Source of the DNA: Macrostomum lignano | Lineage: Eukaryota | Length of the DNA stretch: 64,000 bases | Reading direction: 5' to 3' | NCBI GenBank assembly: GCA_002269645.1 | Contig: NIVC01000227.1 | Coordinates: 372,001 to 436,000 of the forward strand | In this document: positions 50,374 to 63,300 of the stretch, one piece after another | How positions within the stretch are numbered: the first letter of the stretch is position 1 | Layout of the letters: every line of letters starts with the position of its first letter | Translations under genes and position numbers: made by a program | The notes under the pieces: generated by a model | Databases searched by the model: none | Told to the model about the DNA's origin: nothing | Seen by the model: the letters and a program-made list of their open reading frames with translations, nothing else

Positions 50374-52491
50374 TCACGTGATGGAGACGGTGGTAGGCTG
50401 GTACACGGGGTCAGCGCCCAGCCTCAGCTGCTGAGTGGCCCTCTGCAAGTCGTCATCCTCAGCCAAGATGGCGCTGGACTCCGCGGCCTCCGCCTCCAAG
50501 CTGGTGTCGTCTTTGAACCGGCTGAATAGGCGCTGAACGGCCAGGGAGTGGCGCGCGGCGCGCTGAGCTCGGCGCCGGCATTGGCGCCGCAAAATGACAA
50601 AGGCGGCTAGCAGAGCGAGTGAGCAGAGCAGGCAGGCCAGGACCAGGAATATCTGAGCGGGTGTTTGAGCAGTGCGATGGAGAGCGAGTATGCGGTAATG
50701 AGAGTGACTATATGATAATGAGAGTGACTATATGATGAGAGTGACTATATGATAATGAGAGTGACTATATGATAATCAGAGTGACTATATGATAAGAGTG
50801 ACAATATGATAATAGGAGTGACTATATGGTACCAAGAGTGACTTTATAGGATAATGAGAGTGACTATATGATAATAAGAGTGACTTTATATGATAATCAG
50901 AGTGACTATATATGATAATAAGAGTGACTATATGATCATCAGAGTGACTATATGATAATGAGAGTGACTATATGATAATGAGAGTGACTTTATATGATAA
51001 TCAGAGTGACTATATATGATAATAAGAGTGACTATATGATCATCAGAGTGACTATATGATAAGAGTGACAATATGATAATAGGAGTGACTAAGTGATAAT
51101 AAGAGTGAAAATATGATGATAAGAATGACTACATGATAATGAGAGTGACTTTATAATGTTGAGACGCAAATCTTTGACAAATGAGATAAGATACTTTAAA
51201 AGATGAGCAATATTTTAAATCAAATGAAATCACCATAGAAAAACAGTAAAAACTATGCAGACATAATAACCAACCTTAGCCGCCAGGCCCATGCCGCTAT
51301 TATCTCTGGGCGCCAGGCAGTTGTCACCCACAAACCCGTGCCGACAGCCGATGCACACTCGCTGGCTAAGTCCACCGCCGCCGCTGCCGCCAGGGCTCCA
51401 GTCGGGGTCGCCGACGTGCCTCCAGGCGCACGGGCCGGCAAAGTTATGCGGACTGCACTGACAAGAGATACAGCCAAGACTGTAGCGGGAATAATCTCTG
51501 TAGGTGCCGTCGGTGCACAGGCTGCAGTCTGAGCTGGTGGCCTGCGGAGTGCAGCGGCAGTCCGGTGAGCCGGGCCTGCACTCCGTACCATTGTAAGAAT
51601 TGACCGGATCGCACAGACAGACAGCTGACCGATTCTCAACACCGCAGCTGGTGAATTCAAATTTCTGAGACCAGAGCCAATCGGTGAGGCCGCTAGTTGA
51701 GTTCTCGTCAGCCAGGCGAACCGTCAGGAAGCCGATGTGACGCCTGTTGGGTTGAAACCCTGGCGCTTGAAACTGCGGCTCCAGAGAAGCCCAACTGTTG
51801 ATATCAACTCCTTGGCGTTCTGAAGAGGGCGACACGGGTAAACGACTCTTACTGATCATTTCTGGGGGGGGGGGGCCCAGATGCCAAATTGGCACCTCGA
51901 AGCCATTTAATTTAAGCGTTCATATTTTAAATAGTTCATACTGTATTTAAAGCGTTAATATTTATTGATTAAACCTGCCCTAATAGGCAGATGTGCAACC
52001 GACAGCTCAGCCGCAGGTATTGCGCGGCGCATCTGAAGGCTGCGTACGGCTGTTCAGTGCAAGGATTGGGGGGGGGGGTCGCCACACGCCCTCAGTTACC
52101 CCAGCTAATGCTGGCACCCATTTTACAGCTGGGTGAACTGAAGCAATGCAGAGTTAAGTGTCTTGCTCAAGGAAACAAATTGTTCTGAGTGGGTCGAGAA
52201 TCGAACCCCCGACTTTTCTTAATTTTTTGACTAGGCTTATAATAGTGCATTACAATTTTTTCTGAAATCTATCACACATGGAATATGGAAATATCGTATA
52301 GACAAACCATTTTTAGTATATTGGACGTCACTCACCTCCAGATGGCAGCTCATAAAAGATGGCCTTCATGGCTCTGATTTCACTTGGATTCTTGAGTTTC
52401 CCGAGATTAAATTTGGCCAAGAAGCTGTTGTTGGTCGCATAGTTTGGGTTGCAATCTGAGCTGATCTTAGTCAGACTGGGCAGATCGGTGT
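50374..52491 (-). CDS. 3' part of an unidentified single-pass membrane protein with laminin-type EGF-like repeats; exons 52491-52336, 51895-51275, 50652-50374; 5' exons not found
   Basis: Cys-rich CLCDP...YNGTEC...CRC...CSLCTDGTY...GCISCQC...C...CIGCRHGFVGDNC. Phase-0 junction AAG|GTTGGT...CTCAG|ATA. TM segment IFLVLACLLCSLALLAAFVIL followed by RRQCRRR. Joining the upstream exon needs one fewer base in the G12 run at 51864-51875. Confidence 0.7.
50695..51155. repeat. Intronic minisatellite, ~20-23-bp unit with core GAGTGACTATATGATAAT
   Basis: Fills the last intron of the EGF-TM gene. Confidence 0.9.
51971..52214 (-). mobile_element. tRNA-derived CORE-type SINE, copy 2 (5'-truncated, intronic)
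   Basis: Reverse complement closely matches 12865-13110. It retains the B-box but not the A-box. Confidence 0.8.
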
Positions 52492-53717
52492 CTAAAAAGG
52501 TTAAAAAATTAAGAATAATAGTTAATTATTGACAAAAGGTTGACTTGCTAAATAAAAACTAGCTACATAGCCTGATGTCTCAAAATATTGTTCTATATAC
52601 AAGCATGAATTATAAAAGCAATATTTTCAAAACATAAGGCTCTATATTATGTGGGTCAAACAATGGTCCAACAATTCATCTAGCTAAAATTCTAGTTTTC
52701 ACCCAAGAGTGCAACTTATGCATTACTTTTCTCTGGATTTTTCCTAGAAAGAACCCCCAAAACTGGATAAAAAATGGGTGACATCTAGAACAAAAGCCAG
52801 GTGAGGATAAGAGGACAAGAGAGAAGAGAAGATAAGAGAAAGAAAAGAAAAGAGAGCTTAAAAGAAATAGAAACCTTAGCCATATATATCTTGGAGGCTA
52901 GATTTTGCCAAGTCTATCCTACATTGTCTAGTTAGAATATTTATTAAAAACTTGCAAGCCTTTAAAAGCAAACATCACTTTTCAACTTTGATGTTTATTG
53001 TTCACTTTTGGATGCTTTATAACAACTTATTTAATTATTTAAGGCATTTACTATTCTCTATTTTAATAAAGGTCTTAAAAATTGAGTTTATAATATTTTT
53101 ATAACAATGTAAGTCAATTTAGTTAGTATACAAAAATATTGGCACAACTTCATTCAAAAACATTACATTAAAAATTAAATTATAAGATAATACACAATAA
53201 GTATTACTACTAATCTAAAATAAATATTTCATTTATCTAAGCAAAACTTAAAGTTTAAGTTGATTTCACTAAAACTAGGCCCTAGGGACTTTACTGGACT
53301 TTAGACCCTAAAGCCTAATGAAATTTTATAAGTCATTTTATTAGATAAGTTTCATTTTCCAAAGTAAAAAAGATATAGTGTCTTACTTTTTAAAATGGTT
53401 TGATTTGAAGCATTTTTATATCTTAAACTTTCTATATAAAATTTAATATTTAATAACTGGAAATGAAAATTAAACATTTTAATTGGAAATTCTATATAAT
53501 TAAATTATTATTATTGTTACAATATTTTTTTCATTTTAAAAGAACCTATTTTTCATTTTACTAAAATTTAATTATCTTAAAAGACTCAGAAAGTCAAAGG
53601 ACTCTTATTAAAGTCCTTAAAACTAAAACTAAAATTTTATTTAAAGACTATCATTATCTTTAGATTATATCTTTGTTACACATATATTTATTATATGCTT
53701 TGCTAATTCTACAATAG

Positions 53718-55003
53718 CACAGGGGCACTAAAAAAGTTCCGAGCCTGACCAAGATCTTATAGTGGCCAAGTGTTGAAACTTTAGGCTCTAAAAGCGCCAC
53801 ATGTTAATAGTCTATTGTCAACTTTTCAGAATTTTCTGCATTCCCTAAGTCCCACTGCACCATTTTATTTCCAGCACCCCATGGCATTTTCTCAAGAATT
53901 GAAGCTTGAGCACAGGGCAGTGGTCAAATTTCTAACTCTGGAGGGCTCAAAGCCTGCTGAAATTCAATGTCCCATGGCTAGTGGGTACGTTGACACTGCC
54001 CTCTCATATACTACCATCAAGTGCTAGGCAGCCAAGTTCAAGTGAGGCTGCAACTTGCTCAAAGATGACCCCCAATATGGACGCCCTAGACTGCTGTCAC
54101 AGCCGACAACATCCAGCGCATCCAGGCTCTGGTTGACAATGACCAGCAGGTGAAAGTCAGGGAACTTGCAGCATACACTAGACTCTCTGACCCGCAAGTC
54201 ATTGAGATCCTGCACCAGCACCTTTATTTGTCCAAGGTTTCTGCTAGATGGATCCCACGAATCTTGACAAGGGACCAAAAGACCACACGGGTGCAGTACT
54301 CAAAGCTTGTCCTAGACTCCTACGATCTAGACCCTGCCAACTTTCTATCTTGCTGCATGACTGGGGATAAGATATGGATCCATCACCATGGTCCCAAGTC
54401 TAAGTAGGAGTCCAAGCAGTGGTTGCCAGTTGGTTCACCTGTACCACTGAAGGCACATACTGCATGCAGTGCAGGCAAGATTATGCTGTTTTTTGGGATA
54501 CTAAGGGCCTGCTGCTACTAGACTTCCTAGCACACAAGCAGACAGTCACAGTCACAGGCGCCTACTACACTGACCTGATCGCCCATCTGCACGAGGCAAT
54601 CAAGGAAAATAGGCAAGGGATGCTGAGCCGAGGTGTTGTGCTGCTGCACGACAATGCACCAGCTTACACCAACAGGATTACCAAGGCTGCTATCAGTGTC
54701 GCAGGGTTCTGAGAGCTGCCGCACCTAGCCTTCACCAGACCTAGCCCCAAGCAACTTCTACCTGTTTCCACATCTCAAGTGGGCACTCTGTGGACAGCAA
54801 TTTGACACTGATGATGCACTGAAGGATGCTGTAACTGCTTGGTTTGAGGGCTGCTTGGTACAATTCTTCCAGAGTAACATTGAGCCGCTGCAATCAAGAT
54901 GCCATAAGACATAAGTGCATCTTGGTTGGGGGAGACTATGTTGAGAAAATCTGATCTCACTTTGCCCATATCTCCTCTCTTTCATATTGAGGCTCAGAAC
55001 TTT
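53718..55003 (+). mobile_element. Decayed mariner (DD34D) transposon with a transposase pseudogene
   Basis: EHRAVVKFLTLEG, DDPQYGRP, VSARWIPRILT, TGDKIWIHH, VFWDTKGLLLLDFL, VLLHDNAPAY and PDLAPSNFYLFPHLK. Multiple stops and frameshifts. Partial TIR AAAGTTC(C/T)GAGCCT at both ends. Confidence 0.92.
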
Positions 55004-55020
55004 AATAATGTATACAATGG

Positions 55021-55684
55021 CAGTGACTATTCGTCCGGTACCAGATAAATAAAAGTGAATTTATTCATCCGGTACCGGATAAATAACAGTGAAGTTATTC
55101 GTCCGGTACCGGTTGAGCTGCGTGAATTGCCACTCTGTGCATCTTTTCTAGCAAGGTATACTAGTTTGATGTTAGAGTGTCTTCCTGATGATCAGTCAGT
55201 ACTGAGTTCGAGTCTGAAGACTCCACTTTTTTATTGTAACAACTCCAAGTGTCATTGTAATAACTCTAAGTCCTTACTTTGGCATTTGTGTTATACAGCA
55301 GCAAATATAATTATTAATTTTGACTGTACTATAACTACTGTTTAGGCCTACTATGAAACCAAAACATACCGATATGTATAGAACGAAATATAATAAAGGT
55401 AAAAATTGTACAAAACTGCTGGATTGGGCAGTGGCATATAGACTATGCCCAAGTAGTTTTTGCCCAAAACTCTAGAATTTCTGAGAAACAACACTATCTA
55501 ATCATAACAAAAATTTTCTGTTTCTAGTGTAAAAATGAACTATATACTACTTTTTTGAGTACTCCCTATATTTTACAAGTTTTAATTATATATCCATACT
55601 GTGCCGGATGAATAACTTCACTTTATCCAGTACCGGACGAATAACTTCACTTTTATTTGTCCAGTACCGGACAAATAGTCACTG
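55021..55684. mobile_element. Non-autonomous TIR element with long inverted ends
   Basis: CAGTGACTATT(C/T)GTCCGGTAC...AAATAAAAGTGAA inverted over about 60 bp. No TSD recognisable. Confidence 0.75.
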
Positions 55685-57383
55685 ACATATACAACAATGG
55701 CAAACATTTATTAGGACGTATATTATTAGTAATATAATTATAGAACTTGACAATAGCTAAATATACTGTTACTTCAAGAATCTAGTTAAATTTGCTTTAA
55801 AATAACAAAACAATAAGATTTATTTTAACTTTAATTTATTTCAGCCAAGCTAAAATATCAAAATATTTAAACTTCAACTTACATGTATACTCCAGAGCAA
55901 ATATATCAGAAGCAAGAACAAGGCATAGAAGTTTTATGATAGAAACAATTTGTGTTTTCATTGTTTCCAGATACTTTCGTTTTTAAGCAGTTTTATATTT
56001 TAAGCTACAGCTGTACAGGGCCTAGTACTTGTTATTATACCTAACAATAACAATAGGCCTACTGTATTACTGCAATTTACTGGTGCAACTGTTTAAGTGA
56101 AAGGCCAAACCAGATTGGAATAAATACAACTTGCAGTCCTAAACGTATGCTGATAAATCGAGTTTGTCAAACAGCTTTGTTAGCCTGCAAATTTGGGCGT
56201 AAAATTAGAATTATTACAACTACACTCTAAACTCTAGTCTAATGTGTTATAGAAAGTATTTTGTACTATAAGCTATAAGATAGATCAGTAAATGAAACTG
56301 AAGGGCTGAGTCACACTAAGTGAATCAGTGCGTGGTTGAGATTATCAGATTGAAACTATTGATCGTTTAAAAGTTAATTATTAATAAAAATTTTGCCTGC
56401 AACTTTTCCTACGTTTCAAATTTGCGCGTATAGCAAATTCAGTGACAAGTATAAGAAAACAGGTTTGCTTTATTTGTCTAGGTACTTTACACACGAAACA
56501 TAGTTCTCTTTTGTTTTTAAAAATACATGTTTAAAGTGAAAAAAAAGTTTTATATTCTTAAGATAGCATAAAAATATCGCCTTGACAACTCAGTGGCTTT
56601 GATTAGAATGAATCTTAAAACATTCTTTACCTTGGAAATACGCAAACCTGTATCTGTTGCGTTCTTATATTCTTTATTTCTGTACTGTAATAATTCTATT
56701 CTCGAAATTCTAAATATTAGTTTCAACTTTTGTAGGTTAATTTTGCCGTCTTTTGCCATTTACCAACTTCTAGTTAGTTTTCAAAAATTCTTTAAACAAA
56801 TGTTTTTACCATTGTTTAATGTGTTTACGTTTCGGTTTAAAATTTTCTTTTTGTGTAGTTTAATCAGAGTTTTTATATAATCTATTCTAGTATTTTTATT
56901 GATAATTGAGTAATAACTAATCATTCTACTGGAAGAGTCAGGATGAATCTAGTAGAGAATTACATGAATTAATGTGATCATATCGTTACGTTTTATTTAT
57001 AATTCAGTTATGTAGATTTATATTGCTAAATATCGGAATTTTCATGGTAGGCACACTTTAGCTAATTACCTCAATACATAGTTCTGGGAAAAATTATTGT
57101 AGCTCGGATTTTACTATCTTAAATGGTATTCGTTGAATGTGCATTCAAGAAGCATGTACAATGCTTTCAATAAATATAATGTTTACATCGATGAACACAA
57201 TTACAGGGACTTTTCAGTAGTAAACCCAGGTCTTTAGTGTTTATTATTTTCAGCCTTTGTATATGTCTTTTAAAAATCATAACTTAGACGAAAAATATTT
57301 GCCTAGGAGAATTAAAAAAATTTAAAATGCTTTCAAATCTTGTTGCATGAGTCTAGCACACAAACTCAACTGACTTGCCTGCA

Positions 57384-60300
57384 ATGTCTCAAGCGGGCGA
57401 CACAAACATAGCAGAGGAGGGCGCAGAGGCGCCTGATAAACACATGCCGGTCGACATGGAACCGGCCGCTGACGTCACCGAAGAGACGGAGAAAGCCGAC
57501 ACAGAAAAGGAGAAGTCGCGCTCGAGTAGCGGCGCTGGCGGCGGTGAGGCGGCGCCGCCAGCAGCACCAGCGACGCCGAGTGCTGCAGCTGACGCAGCTG
57601 GCGCCGAGCAACCTGCGGATGGAGAAGGCGGTGAGGTGGCGATCGCTGAGAACAACGAAGAGGCCGCGGCAGCCGCAGCAGCGGCAGCAGCAGCGGCGGA
57701 AGCTGAAGCAGAGGCTGCCAAACTGACAGTGCTGGATCTCATCAAGTCCAAGATTGTCCTCACAGACTACTTGATGGACGAAACCTTCACTGAGGAGCAT
57801 GCGGTGTTCATCGAGACTGAATTTCTGCAGAGCAGCCACAGCAACCTCCTGGTGGCCTACGCTCACCCCAAGGCAGGTCTGCAGTTTGATACCAGCTTCC
57901 CAACGATGAGGCTGACCGAATTCTTCTATTTCATGAAGTCCAGCACCATCGAGGAAGGCCAGGAGATCACCGTGGAGAATTTCAACGATCTGATACAGTA
58001 CGGCAGCATTAGCGGCATGGGCATCGACTGCATGCTGCGGGTCATGAACGAGCTCTACGCTCCGGTGTTCTTTGCCAACAAAGACTGGCCGGACACCATC
58101 AGAAACGACTTCTCACTGCAGCTGCACAAGTTCATGAGCTCGCTGACTGACACCCGGTGGAAGCTGGAGGACAAAACTGTGTTGTATGTCCCAATCGAGG
58201 GCATGGACCTCACATCGGAGGAGGCTGCAAAGGACAAAGACTTGATTCAGCGGCTGGAGATGATCCTAATTCACTGGACTCGCCAGATCAAAGACGTCAC
58301 GGGGTCGCAGAATGCCTTCGATGACGACGACAAGGCGGGACCGTTGGACGAGATCAACTTTTGGAAGAACCGCTGCGAGGATCTCTCGGGCATCAGCAAG
58401 CAGCTGGACAAGCCGGGCGTCAAGAAGATCACTGCCCACCTCGAGGCCGCGAAATCTTCCTACGTGGCCAACTTTCTCAAACTGGCCAGCGAGATTAAGA
58501 AGAACACGGCTCAAGCGCAGAGCAACTTGAAGTTCCTCACGTCGCTGAAGGACATGTGCTACGAGCTGGCGGACGCCAAGCCGAAGGACATCCCCGGCAT
58601 GCTGCAGAAACTGGTCAACCGCATCCGAATGATCTGGACCAACTCCGACCACTACAACAATAAGGAGTCCATGACTGGCATCTTCCGCAAGCTCAGCAAC
58701 GAAATCATCCGGCGATGCTGCGCCGAGATTTCGCTAGACAAAATCTTCCAGGGCTACATCACCTCTAGCGTAAACAGCCTGAACGAGTGCATCACCTGCT
58801 GCAAAAAATGGAAGGATATCTATACTAAGGTGAGATTCTATTTTCACTCTAGAAGACATTCTGCCAATCTCCCGTCACAGCCATTTTCATCCAAAATTAT
58901 ATTATATGTTGCTTTCCATTCCAGACCGCAGAAATCCATCAGCGATTCTCCAAGGACCCGTGGGACCTGGACGAGGGCAGCATCTTTGCCCAGGTGGACG
59001 CATTCATCCAGCGCTGCAAAGACCTGCTGGAGATCTGCGAATGTCAGAGCCACTTCGCTCGCTACGAGGAGGGCAACAAGAAGGAGCTGCCAATTTTTGG
59101 CGGCGCACGCGGCCCGGAGATCTCGGCCATCCTGCTCCAGGTGGAGAGCATGTTCGAGAAGCTGCTTAAGACCCTCAGGGACAAGAAAAACACCATTTTG
59201 GATGTAAAAGCGACGTCTTGGCACGATGATTACAATAGATTCCGAGCGGGCATCAAGGATCTGGAGGTGATGATTCAGAACGGCATCTACACGGCCTTCA
59301 TCGACATTGTCACTTCCGTGGAGCAGGGCATCGAGATCCTGGACGTGTTCGCCCACCTGCAGTCCAGAGAATCAATAAAGCGAGCCATCGACAAGAAGAC
59401 CCAGCAGGTGTTCAAGATGTTCAACGAAGAGATGAACTGGGCCAAGCGCGAGATGTCGCAGCACACTTCGTCTGGCCTCCCGCCGTTGGGCCACCCGCGC
59501 TACGCCGGCAATGGCCACTGGGCCCGGATCGTCAAGCGCAGAATGGAGCGCGGGATGGGCTTCCTGGACCGGGCTCACTTCCTGCCCGCCGTCTCCAATG
59601 CGGCCGAGACTCGAGCCGCCTACGCCCAGCTGTGCCAGGCGCTCGAGGAGGTCGTCAGGAAGAACCACATCGAGTTCCAGGGCACCATTGAGCGGGTGGG
59701 AATCAATTTTGGTATTGTGTTGCTTTGTTTCAAGGGTGTCAATGTGTCATTGTATCCCAGGGGATCTCGGGTTAAGCTGACATCCAGCTCTAGGCATGCA
59801 CTGGCAGCAGTTGTGCATCCCGATATGTAATCCTGCTCTCTATGCTGCTATCAAACCGCTGGCACACAAAAGTACAACAAATGTGTACCGAATCTGCAAG
59901 CATTGTCAGGGAGTCATTGGGAACGGAAGAATGGGACCCAATGACTTTGTGTCCTGTAGATTTAAAAAAGATTTCATGCATAAAAATCGATTTGAGTTAC
60001 TATGTTTTTTTTTAATTTCAAAACACTGACTCGCTTGAACTTTGCAGCTGACGGTAAGTTAAAAATTGGAAAGTGAAACGTTTGAAGCTTAACATCTTGT
60101 GTGTCTCATTTATACTGTCTTCGATTCTAAAAAAATCCAAAAACGAAATGCTGTGCTTTGTTAATCTTACAATAAGTTTTTGCTGAAAATTCAAAACAAC
60201 AATGCACTGGAGTTCTTTTTGCTAAACTATGTGCAAGTAACTACCTGTCTGCATTTTGCTTTCCATAGTTTCATGCTTCGCTAAGATCAAGAAAGGGTTC

Positions 60301-63300
60301 CAGCAACCTGAGACACAGCTTTTGCTAGTAACGTTGAGTTTAATCAATCAGCATTTCGATTTTTTGTTTAACTCTTTTAGTTTGAGGCGCTGGTTGGTGA
60401 TGTAAGTAAAGTTCAGTACAGAAACTGGACTTAAAGCGTAAACTTTTTCTCTACTAGTCTACCTTTGAGCCCTTTAATTAACCAGTCAAGCACTTTTAAC
60501 ATCAGAATTTTAGACGGAAGGTTTATATATAGGTTTATATTAAGTTTATGTATGCTTAGAATTTTCAGTCCAATTGTTACCTGACAAGAGTGATAGAATT
60601 TTCCCCAACAAAATCGATCTAGCAAAGTCGTCCCTTCGTTCTGTTTTGTTAGTTTTCATGCAAGCCCTTTTTACTCTTTTGAATCGATTTTTTGGTTACC
60701 TAATAGCTCCTCTTGTACTGAACGAGAGCGCAGAGTTTCGTTTTTAATCGGAAAGTTTTTGAGCTAATATCGGCATTTTTATAACCTGCTACTAACTCGA
60801 TTTTATAATACTCGGAAGATTGCAAACTACCTGCTATTCAAACACAACATCGCTCAATTCTTGCGATTCTGTGTTTTAAAATGAAGCTGTGGTATCATGA
60901 GAATACACTTGGAGTGAGATGACATAGTAAGGTAGAAGCAAAATTCCTGAGCTTTTGGAAGCAGTTTTACCCCTGCTGGAGCAGGAACGGTGGATTAAAG
61001 TGACTTGATGAAAATCTGATACTAAAACAAACCCGCTTTGTCACTGAACAGGACCCGGTAAAGAGCCTGCAGATGCCGGTCATCGCCAAAAATCACGAAC
61101 AGCTCGGCATGATTAACGTCCACTTTGACAAGAACCTGCTGAAACTCTTCCAAGAGTTGTACTATTGGCGTCGGCTCAACTTTGAGACGCCGTCTTGGAT
61201 TGCCGACGTGTACGAGAAGCGAAAGTTCTACAGAGACCTCCGGGAGCGGGTCATGCTGGTGGTCAGGGACTACAACAAGGTCATTGCCAAGCTCACTCAA
61301 GAGGAGCGGCTGTTGTTTAAAGAGCAGATCAAGCAGGTGGACCGCAAGCTCATGGTCGGCATGACCAAAACCAACTGGACCAGTCACAATCTGGAGAGCT
61401 GGATCAAAGGCACCCGAGAGGAGGCTCTGAAAGCGCAGAGAAAGGTTGACGAGTACATGGACTCCAACCAGCGCATCAAGGAGCTGTGCATCCAGATCAG
61501 CGAGACTCTGCAGATCAGCATTGATTCTAATCACGTCTACCAGAACGACGAGTTTGAAATTCGACAGCGCGAGCACCAGAAGGAGGTCAAGGAGAAGCTG
61601 AAGGCTCTGCACGAAGATGTGATCGAGAAGATGCGCGAAACGCAGAAATTCTTCGCCGGAGATAGCAACGAGGTCCAGCAGCAGTGGTACCGCTACACCG
61701 ACAAGATCGACCGACTATGTGAAGAGGCGTTCCGGCTCAACATCAAGTCGTCACTGCAGGAGCTCAGTAAGGCCATCAACGGAGACGGTCGCAACGAGCC
61801 GATGCCACTATTCCGCGTGTCGCTCGACTTGGAACGCGAAGTCGACTCGAGCGTGTCGAAGCTGGTGTACACCCCGCCCCTGCCGGACCTCAACAACGCC
61901 GTGGTGAATATGAACGGCCAGCTGACTCGCAATCTGGAGGACATTCCCCGGCTGCCAGACAAGCTGACGGCAAAGAAGTCGCACCGTCAATCCATTCTGT
62001 CCATGATCGCAGGAGACGAGGAGATTCACAAGATTCAGGGCCAGATTCTAAACGGAATGAGCGAGATGCAGAGTCTAGTTGCTCAGGCTATTAGCTACTG
62101 GGATAAATTCCGAGAAATCTGGGAGGTAGAGAAAGACCAGTTCTTCGAAGTCTACAAGAAGGGCAACCCGAAGGTGGCATCCTTCGACGCTGACATAGGT
62201 CGCTACTCGGAGGTGGCGACAAGCGTGATGGACAGCGACGCCATGGTGACGACCAAGTTCCTGCAGCTGGACTACACCCAACTGAAGATGTCAATCACCA
62301 CTGATTGCAAAGAGTGGCAGAACCGCTTGACGCGGCTGCTATTGGACATCTCGTCGGACAACCTCATGGCATTCCACAAGTACTTGAAGGACATGAGCGA
62401 GAATGTTTGCCGACCGCCGCAGACCCTGGACGAGCTGGGAGATGCCTTGCAGCTGTGGGAGAAGCTGGACAGTGAAACTCCAGAACTGGAGGAGAAGATC
62501 TACCCACTGGAGGAGCCGTTCGAGATTCTGGAGAAGTACGAAGTGCCCATTGGAGACGACATCATGGAAGTGCGCTACAATCTGAAGCACCAGTGGGACC
62601 AGTTTAAGGAGACCATGGTGCACGCGGAGGAGATGCTCCGAAAGCACAAAGAAAAGTTCAAGTCCAGTAAGTTAAAACTCAAATTTTCAAACTCAAACTA
62701 AAGTTTTAAAAGTTTTGAATGATTCTAACCAATTCCACACTTACTTCACAGATCTCATTTCACAGTCCGAGGACTTCAAGAAGTCAGTCAGCAGTCTGGT
62801 GGACGAGTTCGCAACAACTGGTCCGTTTACATCGGCAGTGAACACCAAGGAGGCACTGGCGAGCATCACGAGGTTCAAAGAGCAACTGGCCGCGCTAAAG
62901 GAACAGGAGGCCAACTTGAGGAAGGGACTCAACATCTTCAAGATTGAGCAGCCGCCAAACAAGGACATTGCCGCGCTGGAGAAGGTTCGTATCATACTAC
63001 TTACTACTATAGGCATTTTTACTAAAGCTGACGCATACTAACACAGTTATTAGTTCTTGTATCGTAAAAAATCCCATAAACTATAAAGAGTTTTCGTCTG
63101 AGAACCGCGACAACCCGAACCATGCTGACAACGGTGATTGAGAACGCCGAGACCGTGGACCCGTCAGCTACGGGAAGTCACTCGGAGTCGCGGCGAACAT
63201 CGATGCACAGCATGGACTCTGTAGTCTCGATTGAGGGCGAACAGGTGGTCATTAAGAACTACGACCACGTGCCCAGCCCGTTTATGGTGCCAATCAACGC

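Noticed and set aside
57366-62647. Multiple antisense ORFs over the DNAH2 exons, and likewise over the MCT and POU6 exons
   Set aside because: These are expected shadows of GC3-rich coding sequence, with no independent motifs.
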